Source: an uncultured beta proteobacterium | Lineage (GTDB): Bacteria > Pseudomonadota > Gammaproteobacteria > Burkholderiales > SG8-39 | NCBI GenBank assembly: GCA_963827595.1 | Contig: CAWHBT010000016.1 | Location: forward strand, 172,803-236,802 | Direction of reading: 5' to 3' | Length of the DNA stretch: 64,000 bases | In this document: positions 20,512-30,734 of the stretch, piece by piece | Layout of the letters: each line of letters opens with the position of its first letter | Numbering within the stretch: position 1 is the stretch's first letter | The notes under the pieces: model-generated | Told to the model about the DNA's origin: nothing | The model's input: the letters and a program-made list of their open reading frames with translations, nothing else | Databases searched by the model: none | Position numbers and translations under genes: made by a program

Positions 20512-21216
20512 ATGAGCCTCACCAACCGCACCGTCCTGGTGACCGGCGCGGCCGGAAATCTCGGCCGCGTCCTCGCCAATGCCTTTGCCGAGCGCGGCGC
20601 CAACCTCGTGCTCGTTGGTCTGCGACGCGACAGCCTCGAGCGCACGTTCGGCGCGGGGGACGAGCGGCACCTGCTGGTGCCGGCCAATCTGCTCGACCAG
20701 GCGCAGGTCGACGCCGCCGCGCAGGCGGCGATCCAGCGCTTCAAGCGGATCGACGTGTTGTGCAACATCGCCGGCGGCTTCCGGGCGGGTACGCCGGTCC
20801 ACGAGACGTCGGACGAGACCTGGAATCTCATGTTCGACCTCAACGCCCGCACCGTGCTACACGCCGTCCGGGCGGTGGTGCCGGGGATGATCGCAAACGG
20901 CGGCGGCAAGATCATCAACGTCGGGGCATACGCCGCGCAGCGGGGGGTCGCGCAGATGGGAGCCTACGTCGCCGCGAAGAGCGCGGTGATCCGTTTGACC
21001 GAGACAATGGCTGCGGAGCTGCGGGAGAAGGGCATCAACGTCAACTGCGTGCTGCCGACCGTCATCGATACACCGGAGAACCGCGCCGCGATGCCCAATG
21101 CCGATCCGAGTCGCTGGGTGGCGCCCGCGGATCTCGCGCGGACGATCGTATTCCTCGCGTCGGACGATGCCTGCGCGATCCACGGTGCCGCCGTGCCGGT
21201 GACCGGGCTCAGCTAG
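20512..21216 (+). CDS. SDR-family oxidoreductase
   Basis: TGAAGNLG cofactor motif and YVAAK catalytic motif. SD GAGGAG lies upstream. Confidence 0.85.
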   Translation: MSLTNRTVLVTGAAGNLGRVLANAFAERGANLVLVGLRRDSLERTFGAGDERHLLVPANLLDQAQVDAAAQAAIQRFKRIDVLCNIAGGFRAGTPVHETSDETWNLMFDLNARTVLHAVRAVVPGMIANGGGKIINVGAYAAQRGVAQMGAYVAAKSAVIRLTETMAAELREKGINVNCVLPTVIDTPENRAAMPNADPSRWVAPADLARTIVFLASDDACAIHGAAVPVTGLS

Positions 21217-21227
21217 GGTTGACGCGG

Positions 21228-22376
21228 ATGGGACCGCTCGCCGGCGTGCGCGTGCTGGAATTCGAAGCGATCGGGCCGGGCCCGTTCTGCGGGATGATGC
21301 TCGCGGACATGGGCGCCGACGTACTCCTGGTCGACCGGCCGAGCGACCCGGGTCTCGGCCTCGAGCGGCGCCGTGCGTTCGACGTCATGCTGCGCGGCCG
21401 CCGCTCCGTCACGCTCGACCTCAAGTCGCGGAACGGCGTTGCCGCTGTCCTCCTCCTCGCGCAGAAAGCCGATGCGCTGATCGAAGGCTTCCGCCCCGGG
21501 GTGATGGAACGGCTCGGCCTGGGGCCGGACGTCGTGCTGGCGGCGAACCAAAGGCTCGTCTACGGCCGCATGACCGGGTGGGGCCAGGACGGCCCGCTCG
21601 CGCCGCGCGCCGGACACGACATCAACTACATCGCGTTGTCCGGCGTGCTGAACGCAATCGGGCGGTTCGGCGGTGGGCCGGTGCCACCGCTCAATCTCGT
21701 CGGCGACTTCGGCGGCGGCGGGATGCTGCTCGCGTTCGGCATCGCCTGCGCGCTCGTCGAGTCGCGCCGCACCGGCAAGGGACAAGTCGTGGACGCGGCG
21801 ATGGTGGAAGGGTCCGCGCTCCTCGCCGCGATGTACTCGGGGATGCTGCGCGAAGGGACATGGACCGAGGCTCGCGGCGCGAACGCGCTCGACTCCGGTG
21901 CGCCGTGGTACGACGCCTACGCGACCGCCGACGGGCGGTTCGTCGCGATCGGCGCGATCGAGGCAAAGTTCTACGCCGAGCTGCTCGATCGCCTGGGTCT
22001 CGCGGACGCGCGGCTTCCCGGGCAGCACGACCGCGCGGGCTGGCCCGAGCTGCGGCGACGCTTTGCGGCGGCGTTTCGATCGAAGACCCGCGACGAGTGG
22101 TGCCGCGTGTTCGAAGGGTCGGACGCGTGCTTTGCGCCGGTCCTCAGCTTCTCGGAGGCGCGAGAGCACCCGCACAATCTCGCGCGCGGCGGCTACGTGG
22201 GCGTCGGCGGCGTCGAGCAGCCCGGCCCGGCGCCGCGTTTCTCGCGCACCCCGGGCGCCGTCGAGCGCCCGCCGCCCGAACGCGGTGCGCTGGGGCGCGA
22301 AGCGCTCGCCGATTGGGGGTTCGCGCGCGCCGAGATCGACCGGCTCGCGTCGCTCGGGGTCGGGTTCGCGGAGTAG
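21228..22376 (+). CDS. CaiB/BaiF family III CoA-transferase (alpha-methylacyl-CoA racemase-like)
   Basis: 382 aa: LAGVRVLEFEAIGPGPFCGMMLADMGADVL, GRMTGWGQDGP, HDINYIALSG. Confidence 0.85.
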   Translation: MGPLAGVRVLEFEAIGPGPFCGMMLADMGADVLLVDRPSDPGLGLERRRAFDVMLRGRRSVTLDLKSRNGVAAVLLLAQKADALIEGFRPGVMERLGLGPDVVLAANQRLVYGRMTGWGQDGPLAPRAGHDINYIALSGVLNAIGRFGGGPVPPLNLVGDFGGGGMLLAFGIACALVESRRTGKGQVVDAAMVEGSALLAAMYSGMLREGTWTEARGANALDSGAPWYDAYATADGRFVAIGAIEAKFYAELLDRLGLADARLPGQHDRAGWPELRRRFAAAFRSKTRDEWCRVFEGSDACFAPVLSFSEAREHPHNLARGGYVGVGGVEQPGPAPRFSRTPGAVERPPPERGALGREALADWGFARAEIDRLASLGVGFAE

Positions 22377-22430
22377 CCTGCAGCCGAAGGTCTCGTTCCC
22401 GGTCTTCCAGCGTCCGTCCAGAGGTCGAAC

Positions 22431-23219
22431 ATGGCTGAGCCATCCCGTCCCGCCCGCCTGTGGTATCAGAGCTTCGTCCACCCGATCGAGCAGGCCCCCT
22501 ACATCGAGCGGCTGCAAGCGCTGCTGGACGCGGCCGCCGGCCCCGGCATCCGGTTCGAAGTTCATGGCCTCGAGCCTCCCGACTATCACTTCCACCCGCT
22601 GACGGAATTCCGCTGCGCCGCGCAGACGATCCGCAACGCCCTGGAGGCAGAGCGCGCCGGGTACGACGCCTTCGTCATCGGCCATTTCCAGGAGCCCGGC
22701 CTGCTGGAAATCCGCGGCGCGGTCGATATCCCCGTCGTCGGTCTGGGCGAGGCGAGCCTGCTTGCAGCGTTGAGCATGGGGCGCCGGCTCGGCCTCGTGA
22801 CCATCGATCCGGTCTTCATCGATTGGCACGAGCGGCAGGTGCGAGCGCACGGCCTCGAGCAGCGCGTGGCCGGCGTGCGGGCGATTCACGTGGATCTGCC
22901 CGGCTTCATGCGCGCCTTCACCGACGAAGCGAGCTACGCCCGGGTGCGCGCGGACTTCGTGGAACAGGTTCGTCCGCTGGTCGTTGCGGGGGCGGAGGTC
23001 ATCATCCCGGCGGGCGGCTTGCCGATGCTGCTGTTCGCGCGCGAATGCCCGTTCGTCGTCGACGGTGCGCTGGTGCTGAACGGCATCGCGGTGGTGGCAA
23101 AGACGGCGGAGATGGCGCTCGCTCTTCGCCGGCTCACCGGATCGGTGGTCAGCCGCCGCGGCACCTACGCCAAGGCTTCGGCTGAATGCGTAGCGGAGTA
23201 CCTCTGCGCCCGCTGGTGA
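22431..23219 (+). CDS. Asp/Glu/hydantoin racemase-family protein
   Basis: 262 aa with IPVVGLGEASL and IIPAGGLP blocks resembling the two half-sites of this fold. Assigned from motif memory only. Confidence 0.5.
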   Translation: MAEPSRPARLWYQSFVHPIEQAPYIERLQALLDAAAGPGIRFEVHGLEPPDYHFHPLTEFRCAAQTIRNALEAERAGYDAFVIGHFQEPGLLEIRGAVDIPVVGLGEASLLAALSMGRRLGLVTIDPVFIDWHERQVRAHGLEQRVAGVRAIHVDLPGFMRAFTDEASYARVRADFVEQVRPLVVAGAEVIIPAGGLPMLLFARECPFVVDGALVLNGIAVVAKTAEMALALRRLTGSVVSRRGTYAKASAECVAEYLCARW

Positions 23220-23256
23220 GCGCCGCAAGGCAAGTGACGCGCGAACCGCGCGCCGG

Positions 23257-23979
23257 CTAGCGCGTCGGCGGCAGCACCACCTGCCCCCGCCTGACCTGGT
23301 CGCGGAACTTCACGAGCTCGTCCGCGATGGTCTTGGCCGTGTGCTCCACGTCGCGCCGTGGGGCGCCCTTCTCCAGCACGAACTTCGCGGCGACGACGTA
23401 CGGGTTCCTCGTCACCACCCCGCCCGGCAGCCGGCTCGGGTCGGTGACGGTGCCGAACACGAGAAACGACTCGGTCGGATGGGCCGCACCGAGGTCGCTC
23501 ACGCCGACCTGCACCTCCATGTCGGTCTTGCCGCTGCCGAAGCCGATGATCGCGCGCCGCAGGGTGTTGCCGCTATCGGCCTCGGTGAAGACGCCGCGGA
23601 CGAGCCAGCCTTCTCCAGGCAGGGCGCCTCCGGCCGGCAGCCGCTCCGCGGGAACGCCGGCGGCGTTCAGGTCCTTCACGAGCGCGGCTGCGAGCTCGTC
23701 GACGATCCGCCGCGCGTGCGTCGCCGGGTCCTCGCTCGTCAGCTGCTGAAACAGCCGCGGACGCCCGAGGAGACCCGTCCGCGGCTCGGTCGCCTCGACG
23801 TCGAGCCCGAAGTCCTGCACGTAGACACGCCGTGCGGGCGTCGACGGCAGCGCCGGAGTCGTCGCTTCGCCCTCGACCCGCGTCCCGCCGGTGAGCTTGT
23901 TGCCGGCGGTATCGTGTGTGGCGCACCCGGCCAGAAACCCGACGAGACCGAGTAAAGCGACCGCCGCGCGCCGATTCAT
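23257..23979 (-). CDS. lipoprotein, DUF4410-like
   Basis: ATG at 23979 and lipobox LAGC. Family assignment is tentative (IIGFGSGKTDMEVQV block). The longer track ORF upstream has no support. Confidence 0.45.
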   Translation of the reverse strand: MNRRAAVALLGLVGFLAGCATHDTAGNKLTGGTRVEGEATTPALPSTPARRVYVQDFGLDVEATEPRTGLLGRPRLFQQLTSEDPATHARRIVDELAAALVKDLNAAGVPAERLPAGGALPGEGWLVRGVFTEADSGNTLRRAIIGFGSGKTDMEVQVGVSDLGAAHPTESFLVFGTVTDPSRLPGGVVTRNPYVVAAKFVLEKGAPRRDVEHTAKTIADELVKFRDQVRRGQVVLPPTR

Positions 23980-24158
23980 GTGGGTCTCCCGCAAGTTCGC
24001 GGCAGCCCGCTCGTGGCGCTGCCGTAGCCCTCGGGACACTAACACGCTGGCCAAAGTTGCTACTATCCGGGCGCGCGAGCTTGCGGGACTCGGGGGGCGG
24101 TACACGGGTCCGACGCGTCGGGCGAGCCTCGCGCATCCCGTTCGGAAGGAGGCCTCCC

Positions 24159-24854
24159 ATGCGCTCGTTCGCTTCGGTCGTCGCAGCGGCATTGGTCCTC
24201 GGCGCGTGCGCCCAGCAGCCGCCGGCTCCCGGGAGCCGGGGGGTGCTCCCGGGCTCCGACCTGCAGGTGTCCGGCTTTCTCGGCGACTACAGCGGATTCA
24301 CCCGCGTGCCGGATCAGCCGGACGCGTGGCAGTGGGTCCGGCCCGGGGTGAACTGGCGCCCGTACACCAAGATCCTCATCCCGCCCGTCGAGGTCTGGCT
24401 CAACCCGACCGCCGAGTACCTCGCCATCGAGCCCGACGTCTACAAGCAGATGACCGACACGTTCCGCACGCTGACCGCGCAGGAGTTCCGCGCCGGCGGC
24501 TACGAGGTGGTCGACAAGCCCGGGCCAGGCGTGCTCAAGCTCCGCTATGCGCTCACCGGTGTTACGCCCGAGCGCCCGGGCGTCACGCCCCTCGACCTGC
24601 TGCCGATCAAGATGGCGGTCAACGCGGCGCGCGCCGCGACCGGCACGGACAAGACCGTCATCGTGGTCTCCGGCGAAGTGGAGGCGCGCGACGGCGTGAC
24701 CGACGAGCGCCTCTTCGCGGAGGTCGCGGTGCGCCGCGACTACCACCTCTACCTCGGCAAGCAGCTCACCTGGGACGACCTGCGAAGCGGCGCCACGAAC
24801 TGGGCGAAGCTGAGCCGCGCGCGCCTCGACCGGGCGCGGGGCGTCCAGCGCTGA
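24159..24854 (+). CDS. lipoprotein, DUF3313-like
   Basis: SD GGAAGGAGG, lipobox LGAC and SGFLGDYSGF near the N-terminus. Its stop overlaps the MFP start (TGATG). Confidence 0.5.
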   Translation: MRSFASVVAAALVLGACAQQPPAPGSRGVLPGSDLQVSGFLGDYSGFTRVPDQPDAWQWVRPGVNWRPYTKILIPPVEVWLNPTAEYLAIEPDVYKQMTDTFRTLTAQEFRAGGYEVVDKPGPGVLKLRYALTGVTPERPGVTPLDLLPIKMAVNAARAATGTDKTVIVVSGEVEARDGVTDERLFAEVAVRRDYHLYLGKQLTWDDLRSGATNWAKLSRARLDRARGVQR

Positions 24855-26047
24855 TGCACGTCGCGTCCGCCCTGCTGCCGGCGGTCGCGCTCGCCCTCCC
24901 GTTGCTGGCCGCCTGCGGCAAGCGGGAGGGCCCGCCGATCGCGAAGGGCGGGCCGGTCGAGGTCTCGGTGCTGACCGTCGCGCCGCGCGACGTGCCGGCG
25001 ATCTTCGAGTACGTCGCCCAGACCCAAAGCTCGCGCCAGGTGAACATCCAGGCGCGCGTCAGCGGCTTCCTCGACAAACGCGTCTACACCGAGGGCTCGA
25101 TCGTCAAGGAAGGGCAGGTCCTCTTCCTGATGGACAAGAAGCCGTTCCAGGCGCAGGTGGACGCGGCCAAGGCGCAGCTCTCCAAATCCCAGGCGGCGCT
25201 CGACGTCGCGAAGTCGAATCTCGCGCGGGTCAAGCCGCTCGCGCAAGCCGAGGCGCTGTCGCAGAAGGATCTCGACGACGCGACCGGCAACTTCGAGAGC
25301 GCGTCGGCGTCGGTCGAAGGGGCGAAGGCGCAGCTCGACACCGCGCAGCTCAACCTCTCCTACTGCACCATCACCACGCCGGTGACCGGCATCAGCGGCG
25401 CCGCGGCGCAGGCCGACGGCACCTACCTGAACCAGACCAACAGCCAGCTCACGACCGTGGCGGTGCTCTCACCGATGTGGGTGAACTTCAGCCTGTCCGA
25501 GAACGAGCTGCAGAGCCTCCGCGATCAGGTCGACAAGGGCCGGCTCGCGCGCGCGCCGAACAACCAGTACGTCGTCGAGATCGTGCTCGTCGACGGGCAG
25601 GTGTTCCCGTTCACCGGCAGCATCACGTTCACCGATCCGGCGTTCAACGCGCAGACCGGCACGTTCCTCGTCCGCGCTTCGGTGAACAACCCCGACGGCG
25701 TGCTGCGACCCAACCAGTACGTCCGGGTGCGCGTGAAGGGTGCGACGCGCCCGAACGCGATCCTCGTCCCGCAGCGCGCGGTGCTGCAGGGATCCAGGGG
25801 CCACTTCGTGTGGGTGGCCGACAAGGACAACAAGGCCGAGAACCGCCCGGTCACCGTCGGCGACTGGGCCAGCGACGCGTGGGTGATCACCGAAGGCCTC
25901 CGCGCGGGCGACCGGGTGGTCGTCGACGGCGGGCTCAAGCTCGGGCCGGGTGCGGCGCTCGTACCGAAGGAGATTGCCGCCACCGCACCGGCGACCGCGG
26001 CGGCCAAGGCGCCCTCGCCCAGGCCCGCGACCGCCGCGACGAAGTAG
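24854..26047 (+). CDS. RND efflux periplasmic adaptor (membrane fusion protein)
   Basis: Lipobox LLAAC, a coiled-coil hairpin, and the conserved YCTITTPVTGISG and PNQYVRVRV blocks. Confidence 0.9.
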   Translation: MHVASALLPAVALALPLLAACGKREGPPIAKGGPVEVSVLTVAPRDVPAIFEYVAQTQSSRQVNIQARVSGFLDKRVYTEGSIVKEGQVLFLMDKKPFQAQVDAAKAQLSKSQAALDVAKSNLARVKPLAQAEALSQKDLDDATGNFESASASVEGAKAQLDTAQLNLSYCTITTPVTGISGAAAQADGTYLNQTNSQLTTVAVLSPMWVNFSLSENELQSLRDQVDKGRLARAPNNQYVVEIVLVDGQVFPFTGSITFTDPAFNAQTGTFLVRASVNNPDGVLRPNQYVRVRVKGATRPNAILVPQRAVLQGSRGHFVWVADKDNKAENRPVTVGDWASDAWVITEGLRAGDRVVVDGGLKLGPGAALVPKEIAATAPATAAAKAPSPRPATAATK

Positions 26048-26059
26048 CGGGACCCGCGC

Positions 26060-29000
26060 GTGTTCTCGCGGTTCTTCATCGAGCGGCCGATCTTCGCCGC
26101 GGTCGTCGCAATCCTGCTCACGCTCGCCGGCGCGGTGGCGCTGACCGCGCTTCCGGTGCAGCAGTATCCCGGGATCACCCCGGTGCAGGTCACGGTGCAG
26201 GCGACCTATCCGGGCGCGGACTCGCAGACACTCGCCGACTCGGTCGCCGCGCCCATCGAGGCGCAGATCAACGGCGTCGACAACATGCTCTACATGTCGT
26301 CGACGAGCTCGTCGAGCGGCCAGATGACGCTCACCGTCTTCTTCTCGCTCGACACCAACCCGGACATCGCGCAGGTACAGGTGCAGAACCGCGTCAACCT
26401 GGCGATGCCGCAGCTTCCCGCCGCGGTGACGCAGCTCGGCGTGTCGGTGCAGAAGAAGTCGTCGTCGATCATGATGCTCGTCGCCGTCTACGCGCGGGAC
26501 GGCCGCTACAGCCCCGAGTACGTCGCCAACTACGCGAACGTCTACGTGCTCGACGCGCTGAAGCGCGTGCCGGGCGCTGGCCAGGCGCAGGTCATGGGCG
26601 TCGCCGACCAGGCGATGCGGATCTGGATGAACCCGGACCGCATGGCCTCGCTCCAGATCACCACCACCGACATCCAGAACTCGGTCGCCGCCCAGAACGC
26701 GCTCTTCGGCGCGGGCCAGATCGGCCAGCAGCCGAGCGCGGGGCCGGTCGAGCTGACCTTCCCGGTGGTGACGCAGCGGCCGTTCACCGATCCGAAGCAG
26801 TACGAGCGGATCATCCTGCGTGCGAGCCAGGACGGCAGCGCGATCGTGCGCGTCGGCGACGTCGCGCGCGCCGAGGTGGGGCTGCGCCAGTACATCGTCG
26901 ACAGCCGGCTCAACAACGAGCCGGCGACCTACATCGCCGTCTACCAGCAGGCCGGCGCGAACGGCTTGATCGTCTCCGCGGCGATCCGCCAGACGCTCGA
27001 GCAGATGAAGGATCGCTTCCCCGACGGCATCGACTACGCGATCGCGCTCGACACCAACGACTTCGTCCGGCTCTCGATCGAGGAGGTGATCCACACCCTG
27101 ATCGAGGCGGTGATCCTCGTCGTGCTGGTGGTGTTCCTCTTCCTGCAGAGCATCCGCACCACGCTCATCTGCGCGGTCGCGATCGTGGTGGCGCTCGTCA
27201 GCACCTTCGCCGGCATGCTCGCGCTCGGCTTCTCGATCAACCTGCTCACCCTGTTCGGCCTGGTGCTGGCGATCGGCATGGTCGTCGACGACGCGATCGT
27301 GGTGGTGGAAAACGTCGAGCGAATCATGGTGAAGGAGCACCTGCCGGCCAAGGAGGCCACGCTCAGGAGCATGGGCGAGATCGCGTCGTCGCTCGTGGCG
27401 GTGGTGCTGGTGATGGCGTCGGTATTCATTCCGGCGGCGTTCCTCCCCGGCACCACCGGGCAGCTCTACAAGCAGTTCGCGATCACCATCGTGGTGTCGG
27501 TGACGGTGTCCGGGTTCGTCGCGCTCACCCTGACGCCGGCGATGTGCAGCGTGCTCCTCAAGCACAAGCCGGCGCCGACGCGCGGATTCTTCGCCTGGTT
27601 CAACCGCGAGGTCGACCGGGTGACGCGCGGCTTCGGGCACGCGGTGACGATCATGATCGCGCGGATGGCGATCGCGCTCGTACTGCTCGCCGTCTTTCTC
27701 TACGCGATCTGGCATCTCTTCATGACCCTGCCGACGAGCTTCGTGCCGAACGAGGACCAGGGCTACGGCTTCGCCGTGATCGTCATGCCGGACGCGGCGA
27801 GCCTCGAGCGCACCCAGGTCGTCGCCGAACGGGTGGACGCGATGCTCGCGAAGATCCCCGGCGTCGAGAAGCGCGCCATGGTGACCGGCTACAGCCTGAT
27901 CGACCAGGGGTTCAAGCCGAACGCCGGGACGTTTTTCATCACCTTCCGCGACTTCAAGGAGCGCTACTCGAGCCTCGCGAGCGCGCGCGAACAGAACGCG
28001 CGGGCGATCCTCGTCACGCTCTACCGGGAGGCCCAGGCGATCGAGGGCGCGACGGTGTTCCCGGTGCCGCCGCCGCCGATCCCCGGCATCGGCACCACCG
28101 GCGGCTTCGAGTTCTGGGTCCAGGACACCGGCGCCGGCGACCCGGCGCGGCTCGACGAGCTGACGCAGGAGGTCATCCGGCAGGCGTCCGCGCGGCCCGA
28201 GCTCGCGAGCATTCACACCACCTTCCGCGCGAGCACCCAGCAGCTCCGAGCGGACGTCGACCGCGAGAAGGCGACGCTGCTCGGCGTGCCGGTCGAGGAC
28301 GTCTACAGCGCGATCCAGGCGCAGTTCGGGTCGCTGACGGTGAGCCAGTTCAACCAGTTCAGCCGCGTGTGGTGGGTCATCCTGCAGTCGGACGCGAAGT
28401 ACCGGCAGAGCCCCGAGGACCTCGCCCGCCTCTACACGCGCTCGAGCCAGGGGAAGATGGTGCCGCTCTCGGCGCTCGTGACCACGCGCTGGGTCACCGG
28501 CCCCGACCTCCTGCCGCACTTCAACGGCTTCCCGGCGGCGAAGATCACGGGCAACGCCGCGCCCGGCTACAGCTCCGGCCAGTCAATCGCGGCGATGGAG
28601 GCGGTCGCGCGCGAAGTGCTGCCGCCGGGCTACACGTTCGCCTGGTCGGGGCTAGCGTTCGAGGAGAAGAAAGCGGGCGGCACCTCGATGCTCGCGTTCG
28701 TGTTCGGCCTGATCATCGTCTTCCTGGTGCTCGCCGCTCAGTACGAGTCGTGGACGCTGCCCGGCGCGGTGATGACCGCGGTGCCGTTCGGGGTGCTCGG
28801 CGCGCTCACCGCGATCTGGCTGCGCGGGCTGGAGAACGACGTCTACTTCCAGATCGGCCTGCTCGTCCTGATCGGCCTCGGCGCGAAGAACGCGGTGCTG
28901 CGGGTGACCGCCGCCGTCGAGCTCCGGCACGAGGGCCGCTCGATCATGGAGGCGACGATCGAGGCCGGTGAGCGGCGGCTGCGGCCGATCATCATGACCT

Positions 29001-29248
29001 CGGCCGCGTTCGCGTTCGGCGTGCTCCCGCTCGCGATCGCCGTCGGCGCGGGCGCGAACGCGCGCCACTCGATCGGCACCGGGATCCTCGGCGGCATGAT
29101 CGGCGAGACGACCCTCGCCATGCTGTACGTGCCGCTCTTCTTCTACATCTTCGACCGCATCAACGAGCGCAAGGCGCTGCGCACGCCGGCGGCGGGCGGC
29201 GGAGTGCCCGCGCCGGCCGCGCCGCACGCGCCGCGGGAGGGGGAATGA
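26060..29248 (+). CDS. RND efflux permease (AcrB/MexB family)
   Basis: 1062 aa. MFSRFFIERPIFAAVVAILL N-terminus, 12-TM organisation and VVDDAIVVVENVER motif. Confidence 0.95.
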   Translation: MFSRFFIERPIFAAVVAILLTLAGAVALTALPVQQYPGITPVQVTVQATYPGADSQTLADSVAAPIEAQINGVDNMLYMSSTSSSSGQMTLTVFFSLDTNPDIAQVQVQNRVNLAMPQLPAAVTQLGVSVQKKSSSIMMLVAVYARDGRYSPEYVANYANVYVLDALKRVPGAGQAQVMGVADQAMRIWMNPDRMASLQITTTDIQNSVAAQNALFGAGQIGQQPSAGPVELTFPVVTQRPFTDPKQYERIILRASQDGSAIVRVGDVARAEVGLRQYIVDSRLNNEPATYIAVYQQAGANGLIVSAAIRQTLEQMKDRFPDGIDYAIALDTNDFVRLSIEEVIHTLIEAVILVVLVVFLFLQSIRTTLICAVAIVVALVSTFAGMLALGFSINLLTLFGLVLAIGMVVDDAIVVVENVERIMVKEHLPAKEATLRSMGEIASSLVAVVLVMASVFIPAAFLPGTTGQLYKQFAITIVVSVTVSGFVALTLTPAMCSVLLKHKPAPTRGFFAWFNREVDRVTRGFGHAVTIMIARMAIALVLLAVFLYAIWHLFMTLPTSFVPNEDQGYGFAVIVMPDAASLERTQVVAERVDAMLAKIPGVEKRAMVTGYSLIDQGFKPNAGTFFITFRDFKERYSSLASAREQNARAILVTLYREAQAIEGATVFPVPPPPIPGIGTTGGFEFWVQDTGAGDPARLDELTQEVIRQASARPELASIHTTFRASTQQLRADVDREKATLLGVPVEDVYSAIQAQFGSLTVSQFNQFSRVWWVILQSDAKYRQSPEDLARLYTRSSQGKMVPLSALVTTRWVTGPDLLPHFNGFPAAKITGNAAPGYSSGQSIAAMEAVAREVLPPGYTFAWSGLAFEEKKAGGTSMLAFVFGLIIVFLVLAAQYESWTLPGAVMTAVPFGVLGALTAIWLRGLENDVYFQIGLLVLIGLGAKNAVLRVTAAVELRHEGRSIMEATIEAGERRLRPIIMTSAAFAFGVLPLAIAVGAGANARHSIGTGILGGMIGETTLAMLYVPLFFYIFDRINERKALRTPAAGGGVPAPAAPHAPREGE

Positions 29249-30717
29249 TGCGGAGCGCCGCCTTCGCCGCGCTCGCCATCCTCGGCGGCTGCATGGTGGG
29301 GCCGGACTACCAGCGGCCCGAGGTCCCGATCCCGGCCGCCTACCGCTACGAGCCGCAGGCGGTCGCGCAAACCGCCGATACCGATTGGTGGAAGCAGTTC
29401 GGCGACCCGGTGCTCGACGGCTACATCGCCGAAGCGCTCGCGCACAACAAGAACGTGCAGATCGCCGTCGCCAACGTCGAGCAGGCCGCAGGCGTCCTCA
29501 CCACCACGCGCTCGCCGCTGTTTCCGCAGCTCAACTACCAGGCGGACGCCACGCGGCAGCGCCTCACCGAGAGCGTCCAAGCGCAACGGCTCGCCGCCGC
29601 GCTGGGCGGGAACCCGCAGACGACCTACCAGGTGCTCGCCGGTGCGAGCTGGGAGATCGACCTGTGGGGACGCATCCGCCGCCTCACCGAGTCGGCGCGG
29701 GCGAGCCTGCTCGCCACCGACGAGGCGCGGCGCGGCGTGGTGCTGTCGCTCGTCGCCTCCGTCGCCTCCACCTACCTGCAGCTGCTCGGCCTCGACGAGC
29801 AGCTCGAGATCGCGCAGCGCACGCTCGATACCTACGGCCAGTCGGTCAAGCTGTTCGAGCTGCAGAACAAGTACGGCCAGGTGTCGAAGATGAACGTCGA
29901 GCAGGCGCGCTCGCAGTACGAGACCGCCGCGGCCCAGATCCCGGTGATCAGGAGCCAGATCGTGCAGACCGAGAACGCGCTCGCGGTACTGCTCGGCCGC
30001 AACCCGGGCCCGATCGCCCGCGGGAAGAAGCTCGACGCCCTCGCCCTGCCCACGGTGCCGGCCGGATTGCCGGCCACGCTCCTCGAGCGCCGTCCCGACC
30101 TCCTGCAGGCCGAGCAGACCGCTGATCGCCGCGAACGCGCAGATCGGCGCGGCGAAGGCGCAGTACTTCCCGACCATCTCGCTGACCGGTGCGCTGGGGT
30201 CGGTGAGCCCCGAGCTCCGGAACCTGTTCACCGGGCCGGCCGGCGTATGGAGCTACGGCGGCTCGATCATCGGCCCGATCTTCACCGGCGGGGCGATCGC
30301 GGGCCAGGTCGCCCAGGCCGAGGGGGGCAGAAGGCGGCGCTTGCCTCCTACGAGCTCGCGATCCAGAACGCGTTCGCCGACGTGGAGAACGCGCTCGCCT
30401 CGAACGCGAACCTCGGCGAGCAGCTCGCGGCCCAGGGGCGCCTCGTCACGTCGCTTTCCGAGTACTCGCGTCTCGCGCGGCTCCAGTTCAACGGCGGCTA
30501 CACGTCCTACACCACCGTGCTGCAGGCCGAGCAGCAGCTCTTCCCCTCGGAGCTGAACCTCGCCAGCATCCGCGCGCAGCTCTACGGCTCGCTCGTCAAC
30601 ATCTACAAGGCGCTGGGAGGCGGATGGGTCGACAAGGCCGACGAGCTCTCGCCGCAGCCATCGGCGGCGGCGCTGCCGCCGCGAGCCCCGACCGGCTCGG
30701 CGACGCCGGGGCGCTGA
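29245..30717 (+). CDS. RND outer-membrane factor lipoprotein (NodT family) with an internal out-of-frame stretch
   Basis: Lipobox LGGC-MVGPDYQRP, WW.QF, and a C-terminal ALGGGW. Residues encoded by ~30118-30327 are nonsense in this frame. The neighbouring frame reads LIAANAQIGAAKAQYFPTISLTGALGSVSPELRNLFTGPAGVWSYGGSIIGPIFTGGAIAGQVAQAEG, the expected OMF sequence. Confidence 0.85.
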   Translation: MMRSAAFAALAILGGCMVGPDYQRPEVPIPAAYRYEPQAVAQTADTDWWKQFGDPVLDGYIAEALAHNKNVQIAVANVEQAAGVLTTTRSPLFPQLNYQADATRQRLTESVQAQRLAAALGGNPQTTYQVLAGASWEIDLWGRIRRLTESARASLLATDEARRGVVLSLVASVASTYLQLLGLDEQLEIAQRTLDTYGQSVKLFELQNKYGQVSKMNVEQARSQYETAAAQIPVIRSQIVQTENALAVLLGRNPGPIARGKKLDALALPTVPAGLPATLLERRPDLLQAEQTADRRERADRRGEGAVLPDHLADRCAGVGEPRAPEPVHRAGRRMELRRLDHRPDLHRRGDRGPGRPGRGGQKAALASYELAIQNAFADVENALASNANLGEQLAAQGRLVTSLSEYSRLARLQFNGGYTSYTTVLQAEQQLFPSELNLASIRAQLYGSLVNIYKALGGGWVDKADELSPQPSAAALPPRAPTGSATPGR

Positions 30718-30734
30718 GCGCCGGAAGCTCGCCC

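Noticed and set aside
24044-24062. TGGCCAAAGTTGCT between the two lipoprotein genes.
   Set aside because: GG and GC are 8 nt apart rather than 10, so this is not a valid -24/-12 arrangement.
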